From assembly GCA_030390025.1 (NCBI GenBank), contig CM059432.1:434001-498000 (forward strand): a stretch of DNA of 64,000 nt. Reading direction: 5' to 3'. Under the pieces are notes generated by a model that saw only the letters and a list, made by a program, of their open reading frames with translations, had not been told where the DNA came from and made no database searches. The position numbers and the translations under genes were made by a program. This stretch comes from Squalus acanthias (Eukaryota). Positions 11,481-25,045 of the stretch are shown here, piece after piece (positions within the stretch are counted from its first letter, which is position 1; the number at the start of each line of letters is the position of its first letter).

Positions 11481-12947
11481 ACTGAGGTGGTATAAAGGGC
11501 TACACCCACCCCAAGTCACAGGCCGGGTGATGTTTAAGTGGCCTTGGGCTTTTTTGTCTTTTCCCCCGAGCAGAGGGGGTTGTTTTGAGAAAAAGAAGGC
11601 ACACCTCTCCCTTTTATGATTGGAATTGGGAGTGGCCTTCTCCCCTCTGCTCAATTGGGTAATAAATAAGGTTTGAGGTGCCTCGTTAGAGAGAGGCAGA
11701 GAGAGAGAGGGGGTGGGAAGGAGGAAGGGGGAAGGCCGCACGGGCCTGCTCGCCACTCAGGATAGTGGGTGGGTGGGTGCTTCCGGGGGAGGGGCACTCT
11801 CCGATGTTAAATAAAGTCTTTGTTGATGTTCTTCTGGTGGGGGGAGAAGATGTCTTCACCTGGGAAAAAATAAAGCTGGAGATGCCCAGGCTCAGTCCAC
11901 AACCAGGTCTTAACAATGTTCTAAAATGTGAAGCAATAGGCAAGGGGTGCTTGTTGATGGTGTGTGTGGCCGAGTTGTTAGCAAGAGCCACACACACTCC
12001 CCTTGCTATCCCGGTCTTCTCCTTCTTCTTTCCTCCCCCCACCTCAAATACAAAGTCTTTTGGAGAGTGCCCTTTTTAACACCCACCTCTCGATGTTGTT
12101 TTCCTTCTCGATGGCTCGCTCTCCCTCCTTCCAAGCAGATGTTGGTCCTGTTCTCCCCTCTCTCCTTCTCTCGTAATGGAGACCAGTTGGGGAGGCAGTG
12201 ATGGATAGGCTTCCCTCTGTTGTTGTTGCTGGTCTCCTCTCTCTCCTCGCCTCTCCTCTCCTCTCTCACCTCAGCAGCAGTCGTGGTTGTAGCTGTAGCT
12301 GCAGGCGTGGTGGAGGTGGAAAGGTCTCCACTCTGTCCTTCGTGGCTCCTTCTCCTTCTAGGCACAGAGAAAAGAGACCTCTCCTTTCCCCTCCTCTTCT
12401 CAGCAAACGGCGCTCACCCGTTCACGCAGCACCAAGTTGAGCTGAGTCCCTTGCAGCCTCAGCCTCTGCCTCCGTCTGTCCTCGCCTGGGTGTTTGAATA
12501 ATGGGGCCTGGGGCCGCACTCGGTGTGTGTGTGTGTGTGTACGGTGTGTGTGCTGTGTGTGTGTACGGTGTGTGTGTGCTGTGTGCTGTGTGTACGGTGT
12601 GTGTACGGTGTGTGTGTGTGTGCTGTGTGTGTGTGTGTGTGTGTGTACGGTGTGTGTGTGAATCTTTTATTCAAACCAATAATACAAATTACATAGTAAA
12701 ACCATTACATTCATCCATCAAAATACAGTACAAATACCCCCAAACAATACCACACTTTTTTTTTATATTAAAATAATACATCTCACTTAACTCCACATAA
12801 AACAATCCATTTCAACACCACAGTGTACAAACACATAGCACCATCACAATCCAACTAAATGCCACATATAACATCCACTCCAATAACCCAAGAAACCTGT
12901 TCCGCGCCAGTCCCACTGGCACCGCCCACCCGACCATCCACTCAATT

Positions 12948-13360
12948 GTTCTCCGTGCTGGGCCTCCCGCCCAGGCCACTCTCCTCCGGGTCTTCCACCT
13001 TGGGCCTTCTGCACCGGACCCTCCGCACCGGCATTCCCCGCGAGCAGCCGGGGTGAATCAACCGCATCTCCCGACTCCACCTCTGCCGACCAGCCGCCCC
13101 GCCCTGGGCCCCCCGCCTGGGGTTCTCCGTGCTGGGCCTCCCGCCCAGGCCACTCTCCTCTGGGTCTTCCACCTTGGGCCTTCTGCACCGGACCCTCCGT
13201 ACCGGCATTCCCCGCGAGCACCCGGGGTGAAGCAACCGCATCTCCTGACTCCACCTCTGCCGACCAGCCGCCCCGCCCTGGGCCCCCCGCCTGGGGTTCT
13301 CCGTGCTGGGCCTCCCGCCCAGGCCACTCTCCTCCGGGTCTTCCACCTTGGGCCTTCTGC
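12948..13360. repeat. 174-bp tandem repeat in the Tx1 3' UTR (about 2.4 copies in copy B)
   Basis: Unit starts at 12948, 13122 and 13296. Confidence 0.85.
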
Positions 13361-13382
13361 GAAGCGGACAACTTGGAGTGCA

Positions 13383-16300
13383 TTAAATTAAAATAACATT
13401 TCCCGGGGAAACGATGCACTCCAGTCCCTGCGGCGCCCACCGGTCTCGGAAGGCTTCAAGTGTGCCGGCGGACACCGCATGCTCCATCTCCAGGGCCACC
13501 CGGGCGCGAACATAGCCGCGGAAGAGAGGCAGGCAATTGGGCCGAACGACCCCCTCGACCGCCCGCTGCCTGGACCTGTTAATGGCCACTTTGGCCAGGC
13601 CCAGGAGCAGTCCTACGAGGAGGTCCTCCGACCTGCTCTCTCCCCTCCGCACCGGGTGACCGTAGATCAGGAGCGTGGGACTGAAGTGCAACCAAAAAGC
13701 GAGGAGCAGCCCCTTCAAATATTCAAAGAGGGGCTGCAACCTCTCACATTCCACATAAACGTGGAACACGGACTCCTCGAGGCCGCAAAAAAGACAGGCG
13801 GCCTGGGAGTCCGTGAACCTACTTAAAAACCGATTGCACGGGACTGCTCCGTGCAACACCCTCCAGGCCATGTCCCCAATAGAAAAGGGGAGTACTCCCG
13901 CATGGAGAGCCCTCCATTGGGGACCTTCGCCTCCGCCGGACGGCAAGATGGCACGCCAAGGCGTGTCTGGACGGCAGGCGAAGATGACAAAGTGGAAAGT
14001 GTGCAGGAGCAGCCCGTACAGGAAACCCCTCCGTGCAGAACTGAAGGGCACGGAGGGCATTTCCCCGAGACGGCTCAAGTTGTGAGGCGCCGGTTCCCGA
14101 GAGGGGTTTCGGGGCCGTGCGCCGATGAGGAATTCCGTCCGAACGGAGGTCAGTTCGGACGGGATCGCCCCACGTGCTTGAGCCTCCTCGATACACCTAG
14201 TGGAGTCCGGGCCCAGTGCCACTTTCAGCAACTCGATGGCTTTGGCCGCGCGCCAGACGTCTGCCCAGGAGAGGCGCCGCGCCAACTCCTCTGGCGCCAT
14301 CCAGCCCGCTCCTCCGCCATCGAGCAGGTCCCTGACTCTGGTCACCTTGCCTGGCACAGCCCTGCCCTCCGCCAGCCAGCCGATCCGTCGGACGTGGAGG
14401 TGCGGATTCCTGAACAGCGGCTCCCGAAGGAGAGCCGCCACTCCTGACGGGGGAGAACTCCGCCTGGAGGCGACCTGGTTCCAGACCCATAGCAGTTCCT
14501 GGTAAAAGACAGGCAGCTCCCACAGGTAGGCTCGCGTGCGGCCCAATTCCACAAACAGGAGCTGCGTGTCGTAGTTGAGGCCGTGCATCTGGCGGAAGAA
14601 ATACGTCGCCAGCGCACACCATCTGGGAGGATTCTCGACGTAAAGGTACCTCTGCAGCGTCTGAAGACGGAAAGTCGCCGCCTGGGTGCGAAGGCACACC
14701 AGCGCCTGACCGCCCTCCCTAAGCGGGAGACACAGAACCGCGGCAGAGACCCAGTGCTTCCTTTTGTCCCAGAAGAAGTCGATGAGCATCTTCTGTATCT
14801 TGGCGACAAACGCAGGGGGAGGGATCAAAGTGACCAACCGGTACCACAACATGGCGGCCACCAGCTGGTTTATGACCAGCGCTCGACCCCTGTAGGACAA
14901 CACTCGGAGCAACCCCGTCCAGCGTCCTAGGCGAGCGGTGACCTTGGCCTCCAGCTCTTGCCAGTTCGCCGGCCAGGTGTCCTCGGCAGGGCTGAGGTAG
15001 ACTCCCAAGTAGAGGAGGTGTGTTGTGCTCCAGGCGAAGGGCCTGAACTCCTCCGGCAGGGAGTCCACCTGCCACTGGCCCACCAGGAGTCCAGAACATT
15101 TCTCCCAGTTGATCCTGGCGGAGGATGCGTCCGAGTAAATCTGCTGGCATTCTCGCATCCTCCGCAGGTCGACGGGATCCGTGACCATGAGGAGCACGTC
15201 ATCGGCGTAAGCCGAGAGGACGACCTCCATGCCCGGCCCTTGCAGAGCCAGTCCCGTCAACCTCTTCCGCAAGAGGCGCAGGAAAGGCTCCACGCAAACG
15301 GCATATAACTGACCGGACATGGGGCATCCCTGACGCACCCCCCTCCCGAAGCGAAGGGGCGCCGTCAAAGACCCGTTAACTTTAATCAGACACTCCGCGG
15401 CGGCGTACAGAAGTCGGATCCGGGCGACGAAATGCGTCCCGAACCCGAATGCGCGCAGAGTCCCGAAGAGATACTCGTGATCCACCCTGTCGAACGCCTT
15501 CTCCTGATCCAGGGAAAGGAAGGCGACCGACAGACCAGCCCTCTGGGAATGGTGGACCAGGTCCCGGACCAGATGGATGTTATCGTGGATGGTCCGGCCC
15601 GGGACCGTGTAGGACTGGTCGGGGTGGATCATGTGGGCCAGCACGGTGCCGAGGCGGGCAGACATGGCCCTGGCAAAAATTTTATAGTCCGTGCTGAGGA
15701 GGGAGACCGGGCGCCAGTTTTTTAAAAGGCGGAGATCACCCCTCTTGGGCAGCAGGACGATAACCGCCCTGCGCCAAGAGAGGGGCATCTCCCCGGTCGC
15801 CAGACTTTCCCCCAGGACCCGCGCGTAGTCGCCCCCCAAGACGTCCCAGAACGCCCTGTGGAACTCCACGGTCAGCCCGTCCAGCCCCGGGGACTTTCCC
15901 CTCGAGAGCTGGCGCAGGGCGCCGGTCAGCTCCGCCAAACTTAGCGGAGCGTCCAATTCTTCGGCGCCCTCCGGGCCGACCTTCGGCAGGTCCTCCCACA
16001 AAACTCTGCGCGCATCCTCGCTGGACGGATCCGGAGAGAACAGAGCCCCGTAATAGGCCCGGGTCCCCGCGCTGATCCCCTCCGGATCCGAGACCAGAGA
16101 TCCGTCGTCGGCCAGCAGCCCCAAGAGCTGCTTACGGACCCCTCGTCTTTTTTCCAGCGAGTAGAAGAAGGGGGAGCCGCGGTCCAGGTCCCGCAGGAAC
16201 TGGATTCGCGACCTCACGTACGCGCCTCGGGACCCGACCAGCTGCAGGTCCTTCAGCGCGCCCTTCTTCTCTTCGTACACCTTCCGCAGGGCCGGGTCTT

Positions 16301-17282
16301 CGACGACTTGACCGAGACAGGACTCCAGGTCGAGCACTTCTTTCTCCAATCGCCCGACCCGGGCCTCCCGCCTCTTGGTCGACCCCTTCGCGTACTCCTG
16401 ACAGAAGAGACGGACGTGAGCCTTGCCCACGTCCCACCATAGCCTCAAGGAGGGGAAGCCCCCCTGCTTCCTTCTCCAGTCGGCCCAGAACCGGCGAAAC
16501 GAATCCCGGAACCGCACGTCCTCCAGCAGCAGGTTGTTAAAATGCCAGTACGCGGACCCCCCCGGCGCCTGCAACGGAGCGAGCTCCGCCCACACCAGGT
16601 GGTGGTCCGTGCACGGCACCAGCCGCATGGAAGCCGCCGGAACGCAGGAGACGTACGCCCGGGAAATGTAAAGGCGGTCGATTCTGGACCTTCCTCCTCC
16701 AGACCCCACCCAAGTGAAGGCGCTGGAGTCGGGATGGAGATTTCGCCAGACGTCCACCAAGTCGAAGGACCCGACCAGGTCCCTCAACTTCACCGTCGCC
16801 GTCAGGCTTCGCGAAGGGCCCGAACGGTCCCTCGCCTCGAGGGTACAATTAAAATCCCCCCCGAGGATGATGCACTCGCCGACGTCGACGGTGCCCAGAA
16901 GAGCGGACACTTCATCGAAGAAGCGCACTTGCTGCGCACCGGGCTGGGGGGCGTACACGTTCACTAAATGGAGCGGCACGCCCCCCAGACGAACAGTGAC
17001 CTGGAGCAAGCGGCCCGGCACATGCTCCTTGACCCCCAAGATCTCCGGCTGAAAATGCGGGGCCAGCAAGATAGCCACCCCACCGGAAACGTTGGAGAGG
17101 TGACTCATGCTGACCCCTCCTCGCCACTCCAGGAGCCACGTGGCCTCGTCTCCCGGAACGGTGTGAGTTTCCTGCAGGAAGCACACCGCATGCCTCCCTT
17201 CCCGAAGGACCGAGAAGTTATTAAATCTACGGCGTGCCTCTCTGCTGCCGTTGATGTTGAGGCTGGCTATGGTTATCTTCAT
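13383..17282 (-). CDS. Tx1-like ORF2 polyprotein (APE endonuclease + reverse transcriptase + C-terminal CCHC), 1299 aa from the first ATG
   Basis: Uninterrupted ORF. APE motifs SLNING, LQETH, GGDFN, SRID, TDH; RT motifs WRPVSLL, LDQEKAFDRV, RQGCPMS, YADD; C-terminal CLFCG...H...C. Confidence 0.93.
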   Translation of the reverse strand: MKITIASLNINGSREARRRFNNFSVLREGRHAVCFLQETHTVPGDEATWLLEWRGGVSMSHLSNVSGGVAILLAPHFQPEILGVKEHVPGRLLQVTVRLGGVPLHLVNVYAPQPGAQQVRFFDEVSALLGTVDVGECIILGGDFNCTLEARDRSGPSRSLTATVKLRDLVGSFDLVDVWRNLHPDSSAFTWVGSGGGRSRIDRLYISRAYVSCVPAASMRLVPCTDHHLVWAELAPLQAPGGSAYWHFNNLLLEDVRFRDSFRRFWADWRRKQGGFPSLRLWWDVGKAHVRLFCQEYAKGSTKRREARVGRLEKEVLDLESCLGQVVEDPALRKVYEEKKGALKDLQLVGSRGAYVRSRIQFLRDLDRGSPFFYSLEKRRGVRKQLLGLLADDGSLVSDPEGISAGTRAYYGALFSPDPSSEDARRVLWEDLPKVGPEGAEELDAPLSLAELTGALRQLSRGKSPGLDGLTVEFHRAFWDVLGGDYARVLGESLATGEMPLSWRRAVIVLLPKRGDLRLLKNWRPVSLLSTDYKIFARAMSARLGTVLAHMIHPDQSYTVPGRTIHDNIHLVRDLVHHSQRAGLSVAFLSLDQEKAFDRVDHEYLFGTLRAFGFGTHFVARIRLLYAAAECLIKVNGSLTAPLRFGRGVRQGCPMSGQLYAVCVEPFLRLLRKRLTGLALQGPGMEVVLSAYADDVLLMVTDPVDLRRMRECQQIYSDASSARINWEKCSGLLVGQWQVDSLPEEFRPFAWSTTHLLYLGVYLSPAEDTWPANWQELEAKVTARLGRWTGLLRVLSYRGRALVINQLVAAMLWYRLVTLIPPPAFVAKIQKMLIDFFWDKRKHWVSAAVLCLPLREGGQALVCLRTQAATFRLQTLQRYLYVENPPRWCALATYFFRQMHGLNYDTQLLFVELGRTRAYLWELPVFYQELLWVWNQVASRRSSPPSGVAALLREPLFRNPHLHVRRIGWLAEGRAVPGKVTRVRDLLDGGGAGWMAPEELARRLSWADVWRAAKAIELLKVALGPDSTRCIEEAQARGAIPSELTSVRTEFLIGARPRNPSREPAPHNLSRLGEMPSVPFSSARRGFLYGLLLHTFHFVIFACRPDTPWRAILPSGGGEGPQWRALHAGVLPFSIGDMAWRVLHGAVPCNRFLSRFTDSQAACLFCGLEESVFHVYVECERLQPLFEYLKGLLLAFWLHFSPTLLIYGHPVRRGESRSEDLLVGLLLGLAKVAINRSRQRAVEGVVRPNCLPLFRGYVRARVALEMEHAVSAGTLEAFRDRWAPQGLECIVSPGNVILI

Positions 17283-17313
17283 GACAAGAGCATAGTGCAA
17301 CCTCTACCTTACT

Positions 17314-19401
17314 CTAACGGGAGGAGGGAGCGCGGCCGCTAGTCGACCGCCACTCCCTTCCAAGCCCAGCGAGGAAATTCTGGATCCGACGCCGCTCGGC
17401 CAGGCCCACGCCCCCGTCCGCGCCCATGGTTTTGACTGCGGCGCGGACGGAGCAAACGAGCAGCGCCAGATCCAACCATTTATCGATGGCCAGCCGGATT
17501 ATATCCTGGCGACCCTGGCCCATGGCCACAAAGTCCCGGAGTTCCACAACGGGGATGAGGGGGGACCCGGAGGAGGGCACGAGGGCATCCGCCGCCTCAC
17601 TGGCGACGGATTCCATATCATCCTCAGTGTCCTCCGCCGGGTCCCCGTCCTCCTCCGGGGGGTCGCCATCGGCCAGCCCTACCTCTGCCCCGATCCCACC
17701 CCCAGGATCGGCAGCAGAGGAGTCCTCCCTGGGCTCCTCCAGAGGCGCCGGGTCAGGAAGCGGCGGCGGCTCGGGGCCCCCCTCCGCCCCCGGCACCGGG
17801 GTGCACGGGGAAACCGGGGAGCACATTAGTGCCAGTTCCCTCAACAACCCCGGCGCCAGCGTCGCAGACGGAGTCAGGGGGCCTTCCCCTTCACCGCCAC
17901 CATCCTCCGACCCAGCGGACCAGGTACCCTGGTTATATTGCTCAACCAGGTCGAGCAGTGCCTGGGAGTGGTCCTGACCGTACACGGCGGGCTCTGCCTC
18001 ATCGGCCTCGCCCGCCCCGGTCCCCAGGATGCCCGACCTGGCGAGAAACAACGGATCAGCGTAACTCCCCACCGCGGGTAGTTCCGCGGCCCCCCCCATG
18101 AGCAGGGCCTCTCCCCCATCCCCAGGAGGCACAGGCTGGACAGACTCATCTGTCATGCCCTCCCGGGGGACAGGCGGCCCCTGCCGGATCTCGGTGATGG
18201 TGTCGGTGGGGGGGGGGCAGCACCCGCGGCGGGCAACGACTCCCCTTGCGAGGGGGGACCCCGTTCCTCGCGGTCCTCCCCCTCATCCAGGATGTCGCGC
18301 CTCCTTTTCGAAGAGGAGGGACACGAAGGTTGGGAGACCTCCATGCATACCGAGGCCTCCACCTCCGCTCCCCCCTGTCGATCGGTCTGCTCGGGGGTCC
18401 CGGGCCCGGTCACGGCCGCAGGTCTCGATTTTGCCGCCTTGGCGGATGCGGCCGCAGGCCCGGGCACAAGGTCCCCTCGCATTCTCGAACTCCGCCGCCA
18501 CCCGCGCAAGGTGTAGGGGCGTAAGCTCGGGTAAGTCATCATATATGTGAAGGGGACCCGCCTGAAGGTGTTTGCTTTTCCTCCGCGCCTTCCTTCCAGT
18601 CGGACGCTCCCCCTCCCCTTCGCCGGATGCCGCGACGGCGTTGACCTCCGGCGTCGACCGCGCATCGGGTGTCGCAGACGTGCGGACAGAAACAGGGGGA
18701 GGAGCGGCGGCGGCGCCAGCCTTGGCCGCCTCAGATGCTTTGGCGGCCTTGGAGGCGGGGCAGTTCTTTCTTATGTGCCCCACCTCCTTACAGGCGTGGC
18801 ACCGCACACCGTCCGACGTCCAGAAGACGCGGTAGGCGGTCCCCTCGTGTGTTATGCTAAATGCGCCTTCCGTGTCTTCCTCCCGCGCCAGCTGGATAAA
18901 CAGCTGGCGCCGGAAGGAGAAGACGTGCCGGAGGCTGGCCTCCCTCCAGCCGAGCGGGATCGGATTAATCCCCGACCTCACCTCCCCCAGTTGACGTAGG
19001 TGGGGGAGGAGGAGCTCAACCGGAACAAATGGCGGGACATTCGATAGTATGAGTCGCTGCTCGGTGGCCTCGAGCGGATCCACCGGCAGGAAGGTCCCGC
19101 CCACGGTGAGCCCCTCGGTGACGGCCAGGGACACCGCCCGCTCCGACCGCAGGAAGAACACAGCCTTACCGTACATTTTAGAGGCCGCAACGATGGCTGA
19201 GGGGCCGACTACCCCAGCCATGGCTTTGACGCAAGCCTCTATGGTCATGTTGGGGTGAGTGTAGCTCTTCACCCCCAGCTTTTTTGTCAATAGCCTGAAA
19301 GGCGACGGGGCAGCAGAAGCAGCGGGACCAGCTGTGGCCGTGGCTGCCACACCCGCGTACGACCTTGCTTGCCCCGCCGCCGGCGAAGATGTGCTCGCCA
19401 T
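17314..19401 (-). pseudogene. Tx1 ORF1, copy B, disrupted
   Basis: ATG at 19401 and CCHC knuckle. A +1 base near 18472 and a -1 in the G-run at 18208-18217 compensate, but a stop at 18283 lies between them. Confidence 0.85.
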
Positions 19402-21009
19402 ACTGAGGTGGTATAAAGGGCTACACCCACCCCAAGTCACAGGCCGGGTGATGTTTAAGTGGCCTTGGGCTTTTTTGTCTTTTCCCCCGAGCAGAGGGGG
19501 TTGTTTTGAGAAAAAGAAGGCACACCTCTCCCTTTTATGATTGGAATTGGGAGTGGCCTTCTCCCCTCTGCTCAATTGGGTAATAAATAAGGTTTGAGGT
19601 GCCTCATTAGAGAGAGGCAGAGAGAGAGAGAGAGAGAGAGAGGGGGTGGGAAGGAGGAAGGGGGAAGGCCGCACGGGCCTATTCGCCACTCAGGATAGTG
19701 GGTGGGTGGGTGCCTCCTTGGGGGGGGGGCACTCTTCGATGATAAATAAAGTCTTTGTTGATGTTCTTCTGGTGGGGGGAGAAGATGTCTTCACCTGGGA
19801 AAAAAATAAAGCTGGAGATGCCCAGGCTCAGTCTACAACCAGGTCTTAACAATGTTCTAAAATGTGAAGCAATAGGCAAGGGGTGCTTGTTGATGGTGTG
19901 TGTGGCCGAGTTGTTAGCAAGAGCCACACACTCACACACACCCCTTGCTATCCCGGTCTTCTCCTTCTTCTTTCCTCCCCCCACCTCAAATACAAAGTCT
20001 TTTGGAGAGTGCCCTTTTTAACACCCACCTCTCGATGTTGTTTTCCTTCTCGATGGCTCGCTCTCCCTCCTTCCAAGCAGATGTTGGTCTTGTTCTCCCC
20101 TCTCTCCCTCTCTCGTAATGGAGACCAGTTGGGGAGGCAGTGATGGAAAGGCTTCCCTCTGTTGCTGTTGCTGGTCTCCTCTCTCTCCTCTCCTCTCCTC
20201 TCTCACCTCAGCAGCAGTCGTGGTTGTAGCTGTAGCTGCAGGCGTGGTGGAGGTGGAAAAGGTCTCCACTCTGTCCTTCGTGGCTCCTTCTCCTTCTAGG
20301 CACAGAGAAAAGAGACCTCTCCTTTCCCCTCCTCTTCTCAGCAAACGGCGCTCACCCGTTCACGCAGCACCGAGTTGAGCTGAGTCCCTTGCAGCCTCAG
20401 CCTCTGCCTCCGTCTGTCCTCGCCTGGGTGTTTGAATAATGGGGCCTGGGGCCGCACTCGGTGTGTGTGTGTGTGTGTACGGTGTGTGTGCTGTGTGTGT
20501 GTACGGTGTGTGTGTGTGTGTGCTGTGTGTACGGTGTGTGTACGGTGTGTGTGTGTGTGTGTGTGTGTACGGTGTGTGTACGGTGTGTGTGTGTGTGCTG
20601 TGTGTGTGTGTGTGTGTGTGTACGGTGTGTGTGTGTGTGTGTGTGCTGTGTGTGTGTGCTGTGTGTGCTGTGTGTGTACGGTGTGTGTGCTGTGTGTGCG
20701 TGCAGTGGGATGGGAAACACTTGTGCGTACTGATGGATTTGTCAGATTCCAATCCCAGACAGGGAGGTGCCCGGGGACTGAGGAATGGGACCCCAGCCTG
20801 ACTCAACACCTCCAGGGAGGGGGAAAGAGAGTGGAGGGAAATTGGGCAAACGGGAGAGCCGGGCACTTACATAGTTACATTGCGCAGCAGCTTTGGAGAA
20901 AAGATTAATATTAAAAATAGATAAGAACGAGAAAAAGTTTATTGTTCCAAAAACGGAAGGTGCAAAAGGTGCCAATAAATGAATGATATTCTCAGCTCCT
21001 TCCCCTGCA

Positions 21010-21234
21010 CCTCAATTGGTTGTTCTTGGCTCCTCCCCCTGTGCCTCAATTGGTTGTTCTTGGCTCCTCCCCCTGTGCCTCAATTGGTTGTTCTTGGCTC
21101 CTCCCACTGTGCCTCAATTGGTTGTTCTTGGCTCCTCCCCTTGTGCCTCAATTGGTTGTTCTTGGCTCCTCCCCCTGCGCCTCAGTGGCTGGCTACCCTC
21201 TGATGGGACAGGGAGGGGTCCAGTGCAGTATAAA
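21010..21234 (+). promoter_or_regulatory. Actin copy 1 promoter: 5 x 34-bp repeat (CCTCAATTGG, inverted CCAAT / CArG-like) plus TATA box
   Basis: Repeat spans 21010-21179; TATAAA at 21229-21234. Confidence 0.7.
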
Positions 21235-21260
21235 GGATTAGGAAGGCAATCTGATGATGC

Positions 21261-21311
21261 ATTTTGTTTCTCCCTTGGGTCAGGAGTGCAGATATTATTC
21301 AGTGAGTGACA
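21261..21311 (+). other. Predicted non-coding first exon of actin copy 1 (conserved in all four copies)
   Basis: About 30 bp downstream of TATA. Candidate donors GTGAGT (21302) and GTAAGT (21312); polypyrimidine tract with AG acceptors ending at 21640 and 21653, before aaaccATGG. Confidence 0.55.
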
Positions 21312-21660
21312 GTAAGTGGACTCTGGCAATCAAGGTGTGGCAGGAGGAAGGGATTGGGGTTTGTTTTAAAGTGATTGTAATAAGTTTGGATCTAACTTTT
21401 GAACATTGTGTGTTTTGCTGGGTCTTCTTCTAAAGACTTGAGTTTGTGTTGGTTTCTGTTTAGTTGTGAGGTTTGTGTTGGGAACTTATTTTCTAAAAAG
21501 GGAACTGTCATGTTAGAGTGGGACTGGCTTTAATTTGGTGACTAGTTGATCTGAAATGTGTTGTGTGGTTTGGGGCTGTGTTCTTGTGTCTCTGTTAATG
21601 GTTTTTCTCTTTCCTTTCCCCCCCCCCTTCTCTGTTTCAGTCACTCCCTGCAGATTCTAA

Positions 21661-25045
<3,385 letters not shown>

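Larger units (their letters stand above)
4929..12520 (-). mobile_element. Full-length Tx1-clade (L1 group) non-LTR retrotransposon, copy A; both ORFs frameshifted
   Basis: ~1 kb 5' UTR, ORF1 with CCHC knuckle, ORF2 with APE-RT-zinc finger, 3' UTR with AATAAA (4934-4939, minus strand). Flanked by cggtgtgtgtg on both sides. Near-identical to copy B. Confidence 0.92.
12661..20458 (-). mobile_element. Full-length Tx1-clade non-LTR retrotransposon, copy B; ORF2 intact
   Basis: Same termini as copy A (aatcttttattcaaac ... gggccgcact). Flanked by cggtgtgtgtgtg on both sides. Confidence 0.93.

Noticed and set aside
5551..19540. Many short overlapping ORFs on other frames within the Tx1 copies
   Set aside because: Shadow ORFs from high GC content, with no recognisable motifs.
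4929..20458. LTR retrotransposon or DNA transposon interpretation of the duplicated 7.6-7.8 kb blocks
   Set aside because: The APE-RT architecture without integrase, protease or transposase marks two whole non-LTR elements.
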